NCBI RefSeq assembly: GCF_000002075.1
Contig: NW_004798019.1
Location: forward strand, 131,911 to 195,222
Direction: 5' to 3'
From: Aplysia californica
Taxonomy: Eukaryota
DNA length: 63,312 nucleotides
Made by a program: the position numbers and the translations under genes. Below the pieces are notes generated by a model. The model saw only the letters and a list, made by a program, of their open reading frames with translations. It did no database searches and had not been told where the DNA came from. Below are positions 40,563 to 53,958 of this stretch, piece by piece; the stretch's first letter is position 1; every line of letters begins with the position of its first letter.

Positions 40563-42767
40563 TCACAATCTTCTTCTTTTCATCTTTGGCCGGCCTGATG
40601 GACTCCTCAGAGGGTTATCCGCAATCTGTTCTGTCTGTTTTATTAAAGAAGGGGTCTTTTTGGGGGACACACTGTCTCGCTTCATCAACTGTCTCTGTGT
40701 TTGTTCACAAAAGAAATTGTACATTTCAGTCACAGCAAGTTCTAAACCATCAGAAGAGATTCGCTCGAGGCACTGGTGAAGAAAGTCAGCCGCAAAGTCA
40801 GTCGTCACAGCATCACTGATGACGAGGTTGATGAAGGAAAGGTTTGGTGGGGAGGAGTTCGTTGAAGAAGACAATGAAAGCTCGGCCAGGAATATCAGCA
40901 ACGAGTTGAGGAAGGCCCGTACACACACTCCTGCCGGGAAAATATCTGTAAATATACATAAAATAAAGTGAGCTTTTAAAACCATCTAGAAAGTAGAAAG
41001 CTAAAACCTTAAACAGACTCAAAGAGAAGAGTTTGTGAAGACTCAATACAGTATTTTTGGAACCATTTATTTCTACTAAAGAACCATAATCTTTGGCCTA
41101 GAACACCCTCTTTTAAATTTATTTTACACAATAACAGTGAAAAAAAAAGCTCTCCCAGAATTTCCTGAATTCATGCCATTGGATAAGCATGACTTGGTGG
41201 ACCTGCACCTTGCATGTCTCTTTCTGAGTCAAGTAGAACATGACTTAAAGGGTAATACCTCTAAAAGGTGAGCAAATTTCATATATATATATATATATAT
41301 AAAAATGCATAATCTTTTGTTTGCTTGCCCAATACAATGATTTTATTCAAGAAGCTCCTCTACTCTCATTAACAATTTCTTTCCATTTTAGCTCTTGAAC
41401 CGTAACACTGTAACTCCTTTCACCGAAGGAGAATTATAGGGTGTAAAAAGTGCAATAAGAGTAAAACTGTTCTTAACTGGTACATTATTATTATTATTGA
41501 CCCATTTCTTGTAATAATACCATACTAAAACATATAAAAGTAGATTTCTGATTGGTAATTGCACCCAAGCAGGCATGATTTCCCGGCATTACCTCATCTA
41601 GCAGACCAAACTAGTCGAATAACTGTTCATAGGTTTTCATTCATCTTTTAGTTTAAATTTTAGTATGAGTTTTATGGCACTGTAACACAACTAGGTCACA
41701 TCAAGTTAGAAGTGTTGCTAAAGGGTAACATACAAAGGAAAGATGAACACGATAGATGTTTGACAGGAAAGAAGGAGCAAGCTACACCAGATCATCTGCC
41801 AACCACCCGCCATCCCTCTTACAAAAATTACAACTTTAGCTCATAGCAAGTCACCAACCTTGGCCAATCAAGGGAAAAGACACACTGCGAAGGCTGAGCC
41901 TTTCATTGGTGAACCGGAGGCAGTTGGCGTAGACCTCTAGCAAAGCATGGATGCCACGCTCCTCGTCATCGTAAAGCTCTGCCTCCTCGGGAGTGGTAAC
42001 ATGCAGAATTGTCTCCACACAGCTGTCAAATTTACCACCAGCTGGGGTGAGAAGGACATCAGGGGCCTCCAAAGAACCTCCTGTTGGTGAAAGATAAGAT
42101 AGAACACATATAAGTAACCTCATTATTTATCCATGCCATTAGTTGTTTTCTTTACTTAAGAGTTTTACATCACTTGCAATACAAACAGTACATGTAAGTG
42201 ACGAAGATTAGAAGAGTTACCAAAGAGTAAAATACAAAAAAAAAAGAAAGATAAAAACTGCAGAATTTGATAGGAAAGACGAAGCAAACCACACCAGAGC
42301 ACCTGCCAACCACCCACCCATGTCATTTCCCCTTTCAAGAATAAGGGTAAAATTATAAGGCAATAAAGTTAGTAAAAACACCTTGAAAAAGTATGGAAAA
42401 CAATTTGTTAAGGACTGAAACCAGTATGAAGACATTATCTCACTCACTGAAGAGAAGCACGTCAACATGACAGCAGTCAATTAGAGCAGGGAAAAACAAG
42501 ACGGACAAAGCAACATATAAGGTAAAAAAAAGTAGCTCATACTAGTGATGCCATGAGACCACCCACTTTACCTTTCGTCTCGAGATAATCTTTACAAGCC
42601 GTTCTCATGAGAGTGCCGCCCTTGCTAGCAATGTTCTGGCTGCACTCAGTGATGGAGTGGCTCAGAGCTCCGTCAGTCCAGTTGACTATGCCAGTTGTCA
42701 GCTGCTCCGATATGTCGCCCATGCACACGGAAACCTCTAGAAAGTTCGCCAGCCTAAAGTGGAGCAC
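40563..42767 (-). CDS. Macrodomain-encoding exons (42572-42767, 41859-42080, 40563-40945)
   Basis: Motif order GDI / IVN / TxAG / ILH / Y..CL / SVSFPLIG is typical of the macro (A1pp) fold. Splice sites are canonical. Confidence 0.75.
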
Positions 42768-45700
42768 CTGGAAAACACAAAAGGTTCTGTTGTTAGTACT
42801 TATGTACAAGTATACAGGGAGAATGAAAGAGAAAAAAAAAGAGGAAGGGGGTGAGAGTAAAAAAAGAGAGAGAGTGAGAGAGAAAGAGTGAGAGAGAGAA
42901 ATAAACAGCAAGAGAGCAAGAGAGAGAGAGAGACAGAGAGAAACAGATAGAAACAGACAGAGATAGAGAGGATTAGAGGCAATGACAGACAGGAGAGAAG
43001 GAGAGAGGGAACAGGAAAAAAGATTTATCGGACATGCACTATTGATAAAAATGTGTGGCTTTGATGACTGAATGACTGCAAAAAATATAAATAAACAGCA
43101 TCACCTGAAGATGATGCAATTGTGTCTAATTTATACAGGATTATTCTTAGCACATGTGCCTCTTAAAGCGAGTGAATGCAATATAAAACCCTTCTTCAAA
43201 GAGGATGGAATAAAAAAACAACAACCCAACTTATAAGATAATCCAGGTAAAAACAAGGATTATTGGAGACCTCATGTCTCAATTCAACACAACATCAGCT
43301 GAGCTGTCTGAGAACCCTCATTAATTTGCAGATCAAAATTAATTAACCAAAACCAGTAGTATAATGACAGGACCCGAGCCATCCATAGCCAGTTACTTAA
43401 CCAAGATGAACATGTTGAAGAGTCACTCAAGTGAAATTTATCTCTCATTCTAATTCTCATTCTAATGTGGAGTGCGCTGTCCAGGAAACTGTCAACAGTT
43501 GAGCATGGATAATCCCATTACTAGGGCGACTGACTAATGCGTTTGACACATTCATAATTCCGGTTAATTGATGATGAAAAATTAAAAGAGATATCTGCTG
43601 GGGACAGGCAAATTGTACGACGAGCTATCAATGATTGAGTTTTAGGTGTTTGTGTCATCTGTGCCCAACAATACTTTGTGTTGCGTGCTACGCCGAAAAC
43701 AACAAAAACAAATGAACCCAGCACCCAGATGTTTTGTACCTCATATAGAGATGTTTGAGGCAGCAGCTCTACAAGATCCGCTGACTGATCATCTGCACTA
43801 TCCAAAGTCTGTGTACCAGTGGAATGTACGGTTGGCTCTCTGCGGTAATTACGCAGGGAGATTCTGTTTGTCGATACTGAGGACACAACACAAATATAAG
43901 GATTAAAAATGTTTCAAAATACTAGTCTTGTATTGTAAGGAAAGTAAAGTGAAAATGACCACTGAATCAACAATTCTATTTTGATTAAAATAAAACTTTC
44001 ACATCAGATGCTTAATTAAAAACAATAAAACTATTTCTCTATAAAGTCACCTTCCCTACAAAATCTCCAAGTCTCATAACAAACATGGCATGAGTCATGA
44101 GAGTTGATGTTTTAGACTTTGTTATCATATGCCATCACCACACGACATACAATGTAGGCCCATGTCTCAAACTCACATTACCCACAGGCTGCTGCAAGTA
44201 GTCTAGGTGAGCCTGGGCTTCATCAAGCATTCCACAAAAAAACAAGAAATATAACTCTGATCCGTCCTTCTCAATCTAAATTGACTGTATTTCAGAATAT
44301 GGACGGTTGTTCAGAACAATGGCTTCTCCTTGCTGCCAGAGACCTGGCAGTGATTCCTCTGGCATAGCTCAGCCACATTTGGCTTGAGTGAGGAAGCAAG
44401 TGAGAGCCTCAATATGACTTGAAGATTCTTTTTATCAGTAAGTTTTGACCTGCACTTTGACTTATGGTGAAGAAGAGCTTTCAAACAATTTTTTGCTACT
44501 GAAAATGCACATGGTACACTTGAACATCCTAAAATGCTAAGGAAAATGAGGGAAAAAATACTCTCAAAATTGATAGAGCTTGGGGCGTACTAACATTAAA
44601 CTTTGATGTTAATAAGGGGCAGCAAAATATTGTCCTGCATGCCTCAATTGGCCCGCAGGCTGCAAGTTCGAGACGCCTATTGTAGACCAATACACCACAA
44701 ACATTTTGTCTGCTATGATGGAACACAATTTACTATGACAAGCCAATTTATACGGGAGTATTTAAGGAAAAAAAAAATTCCATCTTGGGAAAGTAAGATA
44801 TAAGGTGAGCCTGGATGAAAGACAGTGGGATCACAGGTGCAGAATACTGTATTTCAGTGCTAAATAAAACAAAGTCCACAATCTCCTCATCCAGTGTTGA
44901 CCAAGCAGCAGACAAAAATAGAATGGTTTGGCCAAGACTTCTAAACTCAGAGGCAGTATTGCTAAATTTAAAATGACAATGTCTTTCTCTCTGTGCCTTT
45001 TTCACCCTGAATTGTGTATAAACCGCCAAGAAAGGCTTTTTACTTGGTCTCTGTTCTGAGACATCTTCTCTACCCCCAGCCCGATGTGTCCCATCTGTTT
45101 GAGATCTACTTCCAGATCTCAAAAAACGACAATGTTGCCACTGAAAATGAATCAGACTTCAACCTCAATGAACTTACTCCTTGGGCTGCTCCAGCTTGGC
45201 AAGGACAATCGTTGACCAGGTCCAATGCTGCCAGCTGCCATCTCTCTGCTAGAATGATAAAGTTGAGTGGGTTGTCCTGATCTCGTGTCTCTTAAAAGTG
45301 AAGGCTGTTTGTTTTGGAAAAAACTTGAAGAAAGACTCGATGAATGATGTGCTGGCAGAGTTGACAGCCCTCGTTTATGTGTTGCCCCAGATGACAGTAA
45401 TCGTTGTTTTATACTGCCCATGTTTTCAAACAAAGTTGGGCTTTTAGTAGACGATGAATTTACTTTTGAGAAAAAAGTTTTAATATTATCCCCAATATTT
45501 TTTCGTTTGGACCAAAAGTTCTTAAAACGCTCAGCAGCTGATCGACCAGTCCTCTTCCCTGTCAGAATTGTGCGGGGCTGCTCATTGGACGGATAAGGAA
45601 AAGCAAGAAAACTCTGAGCACCAGTTTCCACTTCCATATCAGTCTCCAGACAACTGTCCTCTCCAGGTGCTTGGTCCTCAGTCCTCTCTCGCTTTTGACC

Positions 45701-47938
45701 CCGACTCCCACTATTGCTGTTATTCTTATCCTTCATTTGGCTGGGCGGTATCAGCACCAAGTCACGCAGTGGAGATGGTGGCAGCTTCTGCTCCTCAGAC
45801 ACTGAGAAATAGCCATCAGCTTCTGAATTTGACCCATCACTGGTCACTGGGCTTGAGACGATGAGGCCTTTACGGGACCTTGTTGTGCTGTAAGCAGAAC
45901 TATTCACAAGGTTTGAAACATTTCCTTCCCTTGTTTCCATCTGTGTTTCTTGGAGTGGTTTTGAAAAAGCAGAATTTTTCGTTCGCAGGTTCACCGTGAG
46001 ATTGGGGAACTTGGGCAAGGAGGGCTGTTCTGACTGTTGAGAAGATTCTGTTGAGACAGATGATGATGCTGCATTATTCGCGAGACTCACGTGCTGCCTC
46101 AGCGGTACAATCTTACCATGTACGTTTCTAATTCCTTGATCCCCCATTTTTGAAGAGTTTAATAAATTTATTTCTTGATGATCACCATCTTCCCTGGACG
46201 AAGCATTTACATCAGAAGCAATGACTGATTCTGGTGGCAGACTTTCACTGTCTGCATTTTCATCTTTGGAAATTTTTGGCGATAGTTTTTTTCCAGATAA
46301 CTCTCTCGCACCTTCTAATGATGAAAAGACAGCATAATTTTTTCTCTCACTCTCAGAAACAAAAGCATTAACCTCACTGTCTGTTGTTTGATTGCTTATC
46401 ATTGCTGCTGAAGACGCAGACTTAACACTGTTCACCTCTTCATCAGCAACACTTGAAGGTCGGTGGTACGGAGGATTGTACGCTCCAATCCGAAGTCTTT
46501 TGATTCTGCTGGGAAAGGTCTCAGAATATTGATCAGTATTTCGTGACACTGCCCCAGATCGAGTTCGACGTGAAGTCCCAAAATCTTCCTCTTCTGGATT
46601 CTTGCTATGACTAGGACTCCTAACATTTAACTCCCTTTTACCATCACGGGGTGAATGGGACAAGCGTTTGTGACTTAACCGTGACCTTTTATTACGGTTC
46701 TGCTGCGCATCCGAAAGTTCATCACTGTCTGACGTCTCAGGTTGTCTCTGTCTCGAAGAGGGCTTGTCACTATGTCGCCTTTTCCCAATGTCAGGCATTG
46801 GGCTTTTCTCCTCACTTTGACAACTGCTCGCTTCACTAGAACCACATGACTGTCTTTTCTCGCTACCATCTTCACAACTCTCATCACTGTCAGCTGTCTT
46901 AGAACTGCCTGACCACCTCTTCTTCTTTTTGGGTAGCTGAGACTCAGTCGAACTGTTAAGATCTTGAACTCTGTCCTGTCCCTGACCTCTTTTCCTTTTT
47001 GTTTCTGGACTCTTTTTGATGTATCTGCCCTTCTTACTGAATCTTTTGCTGCCTTCAGACTCCGACTCATCAGAATCTGACGAGTCAATGATGCCAAGAC
47101 GCTGGCGGCTCTGCTGGCTACTACGGGTAGCTCTCCTTGTCACAGGAACAGTAACCCTTGTATTTTCTACTACCCTCATTGTCCCTCTTTGTGCTTTTCT
47201 TTTGCCTGCTTGTGCGGCTAAAATAAGAGAAGCGGTTTGAGATTCACCAGTACCAGTCAGTGGGGAGAAAATTGGTTTAAAAGGAGAAACTTTGTCTTGG
47301 GAACTGGAGGTTTGTCTCCCAGGAGTATTTTGTTCTGAGATTTGATTTGTGCTCGCTGTCCTAAGTCTCTGGGACTGGCGCGTTCTTGGTGTGGCAGCCC
47401 TACTCCCATCACTGTCCTGTGTTACTGATAAACTCTGGGAAGATTCCAGCTCAGGTCCGATGCTGTCCTGGTCATGATCCACGCTGACACTGCACTGACC
47501 GCAGGACCTGGTGGACCTGAGGGGTCTCCCTCCTCGAGGAGTTACTTTATCAGGGACGTGCGGGACCACAAACTCTCCTTCCTCAATACTCTCTACACTT
47601 AGGCTAACATCAGGTGATTCTCCATCATCAGCTTGGTGAAGGCTTCTATCATCAATGTTGTCGTCGGAATCATCAGAAAAGTCTTCTCCCGATGACGACT
47701 CTGGTCGTGTCCGGGGCGGTGTGATACTTCCAACACTGTCGCCTTCCTCTGCACTGAAAAATTCGTCATCACTGAGAATTCCAGAAGAAATATGTGGAGG
47801 TGGTATGGCGCCTGTGACAGAAGTGCCTGCAGCTATGGGAGCATTAATTTGAGCCTCGCGGAGGACATCCTCATGAAAAGTGTACCTTGGACTTTCTTCT
47901 CCATCTGAGTCTGGGCTCTGAGACTGATTGTTTCCCAT
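40563..47938 (-). CDS. Uncharacterised ~1232-aa protein: long disordered Ser/Arg/Lys/acidic N-terminus plus a divergent C-terminal macrodomain
   Basis: Coding exons (minus): 45178-47938 (acceptor upstream at 47964; donor AGG A|GTAAGT), 43740-43876, 42572-42767, 41859-42080, 40563-40945. Phases 1,0,1,1 are consistent; total 3699 nt. The last three exons give macro-fold motifs: EVSVCMGDISEQLTTGIVNWTD, LTPAGGKFDSCVETILHVTTP, VYANCLRFT, LRSVSFPLIGQDIFP, LSFINLV. Confidence 0.8.
45178..47938 (-). CDS. Giant first coding exon (920 codons) encoding a disordered region with an N-myristoylation motif and basic NLS-like clusters
   Basis: A 928-aa ORF rich in S/R/K/E/D that starts MGNNQS and contains PETKRKR and PKKKKRW. 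Confidence 0.85.
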
Positions 47939-49499
47939 GATAGGCTGCTAGGACTTCTTTCAATCTGAAAATAGAGGAACAATTGTCTAGACAGTGATGT
48001 TTGTGAAGCCCTCAATTTCATGTAAGCATAGATGCAGAGGTATATTGCCGACTTGTAAAGTTCTGTCATAACATATTTATACACGTTTACATATGGACTG
48101 GTACAATGAAATTTGTAAGACCACCACAAGCTAGAATTATTACCCCAGCAATCTTTGGTCTTTTTATACAAACATCATTAACACAGTACACAACAGACAA
48201 AGCAGAAAAGACATTATAAATTTAATTATAAACGAGCAGCGAGTATATGACATAATGAATGATCAGACTGCCTCTACTCTGAAAAAAGAAAGGACAGGTC
48301 TACCCTACTGTCTATAGTCACAGCTACAAGACTACTCCATACTTTACCATAAAGGTCACCAAGTTATAGCCCTGGAGGTTTGTTTGTCTGCCACCATGTG
48401 CAACAAAAAACTTGAAAGATGAATTTGTAGAGTGTGCTCAGGACGTGGTCACCAACAAAATTTTATTGAACTCTATAGATAGTGCATATTAAACTTTTAA
48501 ACATGCTTTTACAGTTTGGCCAAGTAATGGTAGTGTACTTGCAAGGTGCACAGGCCTATGCCATGCCATTGACCACGCCACAGTAGAGTTGAGTGTGCCA
48601 CAGAGTTACTTTTACTTTTAATGCAATTGTAATTACTAGTTTAATACTTAAATATACAGTCGAACCTGCCTTCACGGAAACCTCTGTGTAAAACAGAAAA
48701 CCGTCTCAACGGAATCTCCCTGCTCGCCCCTTGATCCTCTTTAATTACCAGTATAAACCGAAAACCTGTCCCCCCCCACCACCCTCCCCGACACGCACAC
48801 AGCCACACATATGCAGGCCGCCCATCCGACCCCGACACACGCTAACGAGCCATCTTTAATTGCTTCNNNNNNNNNNNNNNNNNNNNNNNNNNNNNNNNNN
48901 NNNNNNNNNNNNNNNNNNNNNNNNNNNNNNNNNNNNNNNNNNNNNNNNNNNNNNNNNNNNNNNNNNNNNNNNNNNNNNNNNNNNNNNNNNNNNNNNNNNN
49001 NNNNNNNNNNNNNNNNNNNNNNNNNNNNNNNNNNNNNNNNNNNNNNNNNNNNNNNNNNNNNNNNNNNNNNNNNNNNNNNNNGAAGTGATGTCATGCTGGA
49101 CAAGAATCAGAGTCCGAATAACATTTTTTCATATTCGGACTCGAGTCCGAATAATTATCACTTCGTTAAGAATAAGTACGGTTAGACTGAGCCGTCATTA
49201 AGTACGGCTAGCCTCTTCCGCCTACAAAATGAGCAGTAAAATTTCACTTTTTTAACAAGGCAAGGGGGGTTTCATACCAAACAAAAACATGGACATGGAG
49301 GGGGGGCTTTCCGTCCAAGAACTCCAAACACACCTGTACTGTACTGTACACCTAACCAAAGGTATGGTTATAAAGGTTAACAAAGAGGCAAATGACTTTT
49401 CATTTCGAATACCAGGGGGACTATGAATCCATCAACCGCCAGCAGTGGTAGATCATTCGTTCCTTTGACTTCTTGGGTTCGTTGGGTAGCCAAGATCTC

Positions 49500-49660
49500 T
49501 AGACTCTGGGCCCTTCAAAATCATTCAAATGTGTTTACAAACAACCGGAAGTGATCGGTAACTCCCAGATTTTCTACGTTTCCTGGAAGTCATAACAAAA
49601 CCATGTCTCTTACGATATCGACTTCCAATTTTGTTTAATTGAACTTAAAGTATAGGTAGA
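49500..49660. promoter_or_regulatory. Putative bidirectional promoter (ETS/GABP-like motifs) between the macrodomain gene and the Sola-like gene
   Basis: ACCGGAAGTG at 49544-49553 and a second GGAAGT near 49585, lying between two divergent genes whose first coding exons are both preceded by splice acceptors. Confidence 0.4.
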
Positions 49661-51229
49661 ATAACCCCAAACATCGCTGCTTTGAATGAAGCACAAAAAG
49701 GGTTTAACTGAGACACATGACTGTATTTGATCCAATGAGTTGATGAGATTTATGTTTCCGAAACGACGTACTTCATCGTCCACTGCCATAGATCAAAAAT
49801 AACAGACTGCACTGGCACAACCAAGGGAAACAATTCGTAGATTTAGAGTGAGTTTTACTGGATCCGATCATCTGTTGTGACCACTGACTGTGGCTGACTT
49901 GGAAAGTTGGAGGCTAAAAGACCATAATTCAAATTGCCAAAATGATCCAGAATCGTGTGTCTCACATTAAAAGGCTAGATCTATCTTCAAAGTGTTATCT
50001 AGTGGATCCAGTGATATAAGAAAAGTAATTCCTTTGCATGAAAGTATTTTACAATGGAAGCTGAAAGGTCTCTAACTAACTCTAATCTAGATTCTAGATT
50101 CTAGATCTAAGCTGAAAGGTCTCTAGATCTAGATTCTAGATCTAGATGCTAGATCTAGATCTAAAGCCCCGGTTACACACAACGATAAATTGTACAAAAA
50201 CTGGACGATCTAGAGATCATACGATAAATCATTAGAAGGCGTAACCACCAACCAAATTGTACAAAATTCTGACGATTGGACGATGGCTTGGAGACGTTAA
50301 AAAATCTAAAAGCACTGCTTGGTATTTTTCGTGCGATCACGTTCTGATTTGGGGGAGACACGCTGTGACGTAGAATCACTTTGAAATTTGCCGCCGCGCA
50401 TGATTAAACATGGGGCGCAAAATTTAAAAATTAATTATCGCATCTTAAAACGTATTCGAAATCAGCGTCTCAAAATTTAAGTAGAAGAGCTCGCTGGGAG
50501 CCTGATTTGATGCCTTATTATAATTTTATCGATTTTAATATTTAATTGATTGTCAATGGTGAAGTTGTGTATCAAGGTCACTCGGTGCATTGCACATCTC
50601 TGCAGTCAAGTCAAAGGTTGTACACTTCTACACACAACACTGTACAGTATGGCCACCCTTTTCTAAAGACACTGCTACTTATCAAAATGTATAGGGGAGG
50701 GGTTGGGGGGTGGCTCTCATGATCTAAAGGTACAGGGTATGCCCTTCATTCTGAATTCATTTGGTCCCGGGATCAAAACCTTCACATAGATAGAGTGCAG
50801 GCAAATCGCTGTCGTCTCAAAGAGACATGGTGGCTTTATGACGAGGAATCTTATCATTCGAAAGAAAACTGGACTATAGATTGGAACTTGTAAGCAGGCA
50901 GCACAGGTTGGTAAAACGGACAGTTCTAGCACGAATCTGATACAATTTATCGTTGCGTGTAACTGGGGCTTTAGACAGTGATTCACATTTGCACACTATT
51001 CTATTATTTTTGTGTGCTTCTGTGATAGTATCATATTATATTATTGTTCCTTATAATCCTTAAACTTACCATACTTATGGTTAATGAGCCTAGTGTTGTA
51101 TTTTGCTTAAAGGACTCTGAGGTGAGAAGTTAATACAATAATACACAGGGTGGAGGTAGGTGGTTTGGTGGGTGGGGGAGGGGGGAGTGTTACAGTGTAG
51201 ACTGATATAATTGTCTGTTCGTTTGATGT

Positions 51230-53958
51230 CTTCACCTTCACCTATCCCATAGACTGGATGTCCGTCAGGGCGCTTTTGAAGATTTGGCCACCAGCTTCCT
51301 CCACTCCTTCCGGTCTTACAGCTTTCTGATGGTGTCTTTGAGTTCCAGGCCTGTCCATTCCCTGATGTTGTCCTCCCAACTCTTCTTCGGTCTGCCTCTG
51401 CTCCTTTTTCCCTACTGCCTTGCAGGATCATCTTGGCAAGGCCGGATGAACGGGTGATGTGTCCATACCATTGCAGTTTGCGTTTTGTGACCAGAGAAGG
51501 TCAGCATGCATGGTCCAATTTCAATTTTGATCAATTGTTTGACTTCGTTATTTGTGATGTGATCTTTGTGTATAAAATACCAAGGATTTTTTGGAGGCAT
51601 CTTATCTTCACAGACTTAGCTTTGATCCTTCTTTCAAGGTCTGCTTTCAAGGTAGGGATTTACATGCTTACAAAAATACTGACATGACTAGGGAATGCAT
51701 CTCTGTGTCTGATCTTTGGTCTGATGGGGATACTTCTGTTGTTCCAGATAGTGTTCAACTTGGTCATTGCTGCTCTGAAGTTTGCGCTATTCTTGAGATT
51801 ATTTCTGGTTTTGTGATCCTTCATCTGTCACTATTGCACCCAGGTATTTGAAGCTGTGTACGGTCTCAAGCCTCTGGTTGTTGACCTGGATGCCTACTGT
51901 GATGTTCTTGTTGCTGTTGGACATCAGTTTGGTCTTCTCAGCGCTGATTTCCATGCTGTAGGCTGTGGAGGTCTTTTCAAGACGGTCTATTAAGCTGACT
52001 AGTTCTTGCTCTTGTCCTGCAAGGCCGTCTATGTCGTCTGCAAAACATAAGTTATTAATCGTTCTGCCCCCAATACTGACTGTTCTTTCGTGATCTTCAA
52101 GTGCAGCTGTCGTGATCCTCTCTAAGAAAATGCTGAAAAGAGTGAGTGGGAGCAGACAACCCTGGCATACTCCCACTGTTGTTCGGAACCATTCCCCAAT
52201 GTTGTTGTTGAAAAAGACTGCGCTCGTAGCTTTCTTAGCTTTTCTATGACTTTTTGATCAGGTTGGCGTTGATGTTGTATAGCTTTTCTATGACTTTGAT
52301 CGGGTTGGGGGTCTGTCGAGAATGACTTTAAGCATTACTATAGTAGGATGGCTAATCAGGCTAATAGTACGATAGTTTTGGGATTGTTGAAGATTGCCTT
52401 TCTTGGGAAGGGTGATGATCAAGGATTGAGTCCATGGTGTTGGCCATTCACCTGTCTGCCAGATCTTGTTGCAGATTATCCATAGCATGTCTATCACCGC
52501 GTGTCTACCTGCTTGAACTATTTCTGCTGCTATCATTGTGACACAGGGCTTCTTTTTCATGCGATGTTTCTCAAGGAGCTCATTTGCTGTTTCTGTCATG
52601 GCGGTGTTGGAGGTGTTTATCAGGGAGTCAACTTCTGTATCATCTCGATTTAGCGCTAGGAGTGGAGCAAACTTTTCTCCTTTGTTTGCTTGAAAACATT
52701 CTAATATATGGTTGAGTCTTTGAGTCTTTCAAGGTTGAACTTGATCTGTGTGTTGCCTTGTTTCCTGCCTTTTTTTAAAGATGCATTGAAAATGTCAACA
52801 TGACAAGATTGTGGTCACTGCCGATGTCTGCACCTGGAAAACTTCTGGTCTTGGCAATGTTGACACTGCTTTGAAAGTGATGCTTGACTACGATGTAGTC
52901 TATCTGATGTAAATCTCCGCTTGGGCTGCACCATGCCAAATTATGCAAAAATTATGCAAGTTACCGTAACACTATTCGCGACATGTTTTGCACTTTTTCA
53001 ACACGAATTTTCATGATTTTCATGTTTTATGTACAGAAAAATTTAAAACAGAACATATCAGTATCAGTAATTTGTTGTGTATTTGGAAAGAAAACAATAC
53101 ACATCTGTACAAAAAAAAAAAAAACCCCCAAAAATCTAATCATAATCTCTGTAACTTTCAGCTGTAGATCTAGATCTAGATCTATAGAGGAAAGAAAAAT
53201 GTAAAAAAAAAAAAAGAAGGACATCTGGACCTCTGATGCTGGCACATTACTAAAACCAGGAACACCTGTCAAACATGAAACCTGTCAAACATGAAACATC
53301 AGCAGACATGAGGAACAACTTTTGATGGATTGCAAAATTGAACATGCTCAAAGAACAAAATCTCAACCCATAACCAAGATCTTCTAACAAGGGAAATAAC
53401 CAACTTTTCATGTAACTGAGACCTATTGCGGTAATTATTTCCCTTTAGTCACATGGCGAGGCGTTAATTAATTGTTTTGTGAAAAAAAGGTAAAAAACGT
53501 GAAAAAACGCGGGGAATCCAAAATTATGCAAATATTGCAGAATTACGCGAAAAAACGCGGCCGCACAATCGCATAATCCTACGGGGACAGATCGCAGTAG
53601 GCTCCGCAGATTCCTTCCCAGTCTTTCGCTGCAGTTTCCCTGATCTTAGCATTCCAGTCACCCTGTACCACAATGATATCCTTCTTTGGTGTTTTGTCCA
53701 GTACTTCTTGGAGTTGGGTGTAGAAATCCTCCACTTCTTCGTCATCATTTCATGTGCTGTTGTTGGTGCATATGCTTGGATGACACTGATGTTGAATGGT
53801 AATGCTTTCAAGCGTATGTATGGCCGTGAGTCGACAGGAAACTAGTCGGCAACCCAAGACCGTTCACTGTGTCTTTATGAATGAGTATTCCAATTCCATA
53901 TTCATGGCGGTCTTCTCTGCCACTGTAGTATAGTTTATGCCCTCCTGGGGTTGATGTA
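51230..53958 (-). mobile_element. Decayed RTE-clade non-LTR retrotransposon (endonuclease and RT fragments)
   Basis: Fragments: YYSGREDRHEYGIGILIHK and NISVIQAYAPT (APE endonuclease); IWQTGEWPTPWTQSLIITLPKKGNL..NYRTISLISH; GVCQGCLLPLTLF; NNLCFADDIDGLAG; FKYLGAIVTDEGS. The 3' tail is (GTGAAG)n near 51230-51243. Many stops and frameshifts. Confidence 0.9.
52935..53590. mobile_element. Non-autonomous DNA-element fragment inserted into the RTE
   Basis: Non-RTE AT-rich block interrupting the endonuclease region, with AAATTATGCA subterminal repeats near both ends. The right end reads CGCATAATCCTACGGGGACAG; no matching left TIR is seen. Confidence 0.5.

Noticed and set aside
44748-45122. Stop-codon readthrough or selenocysteine extension of the 928-aa ORF (same frame after TGA)
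   Set aside because: A strong GTAAGT donor precedes the stop and splices in phase to the next exon. The downstream ORF has no recognisable features.
51230-53958. Functional reverse transcriptase gene
   Set aside because: Multiple stops, frameshifts, deletions and a nested insertion show it is a dead RTE copy.
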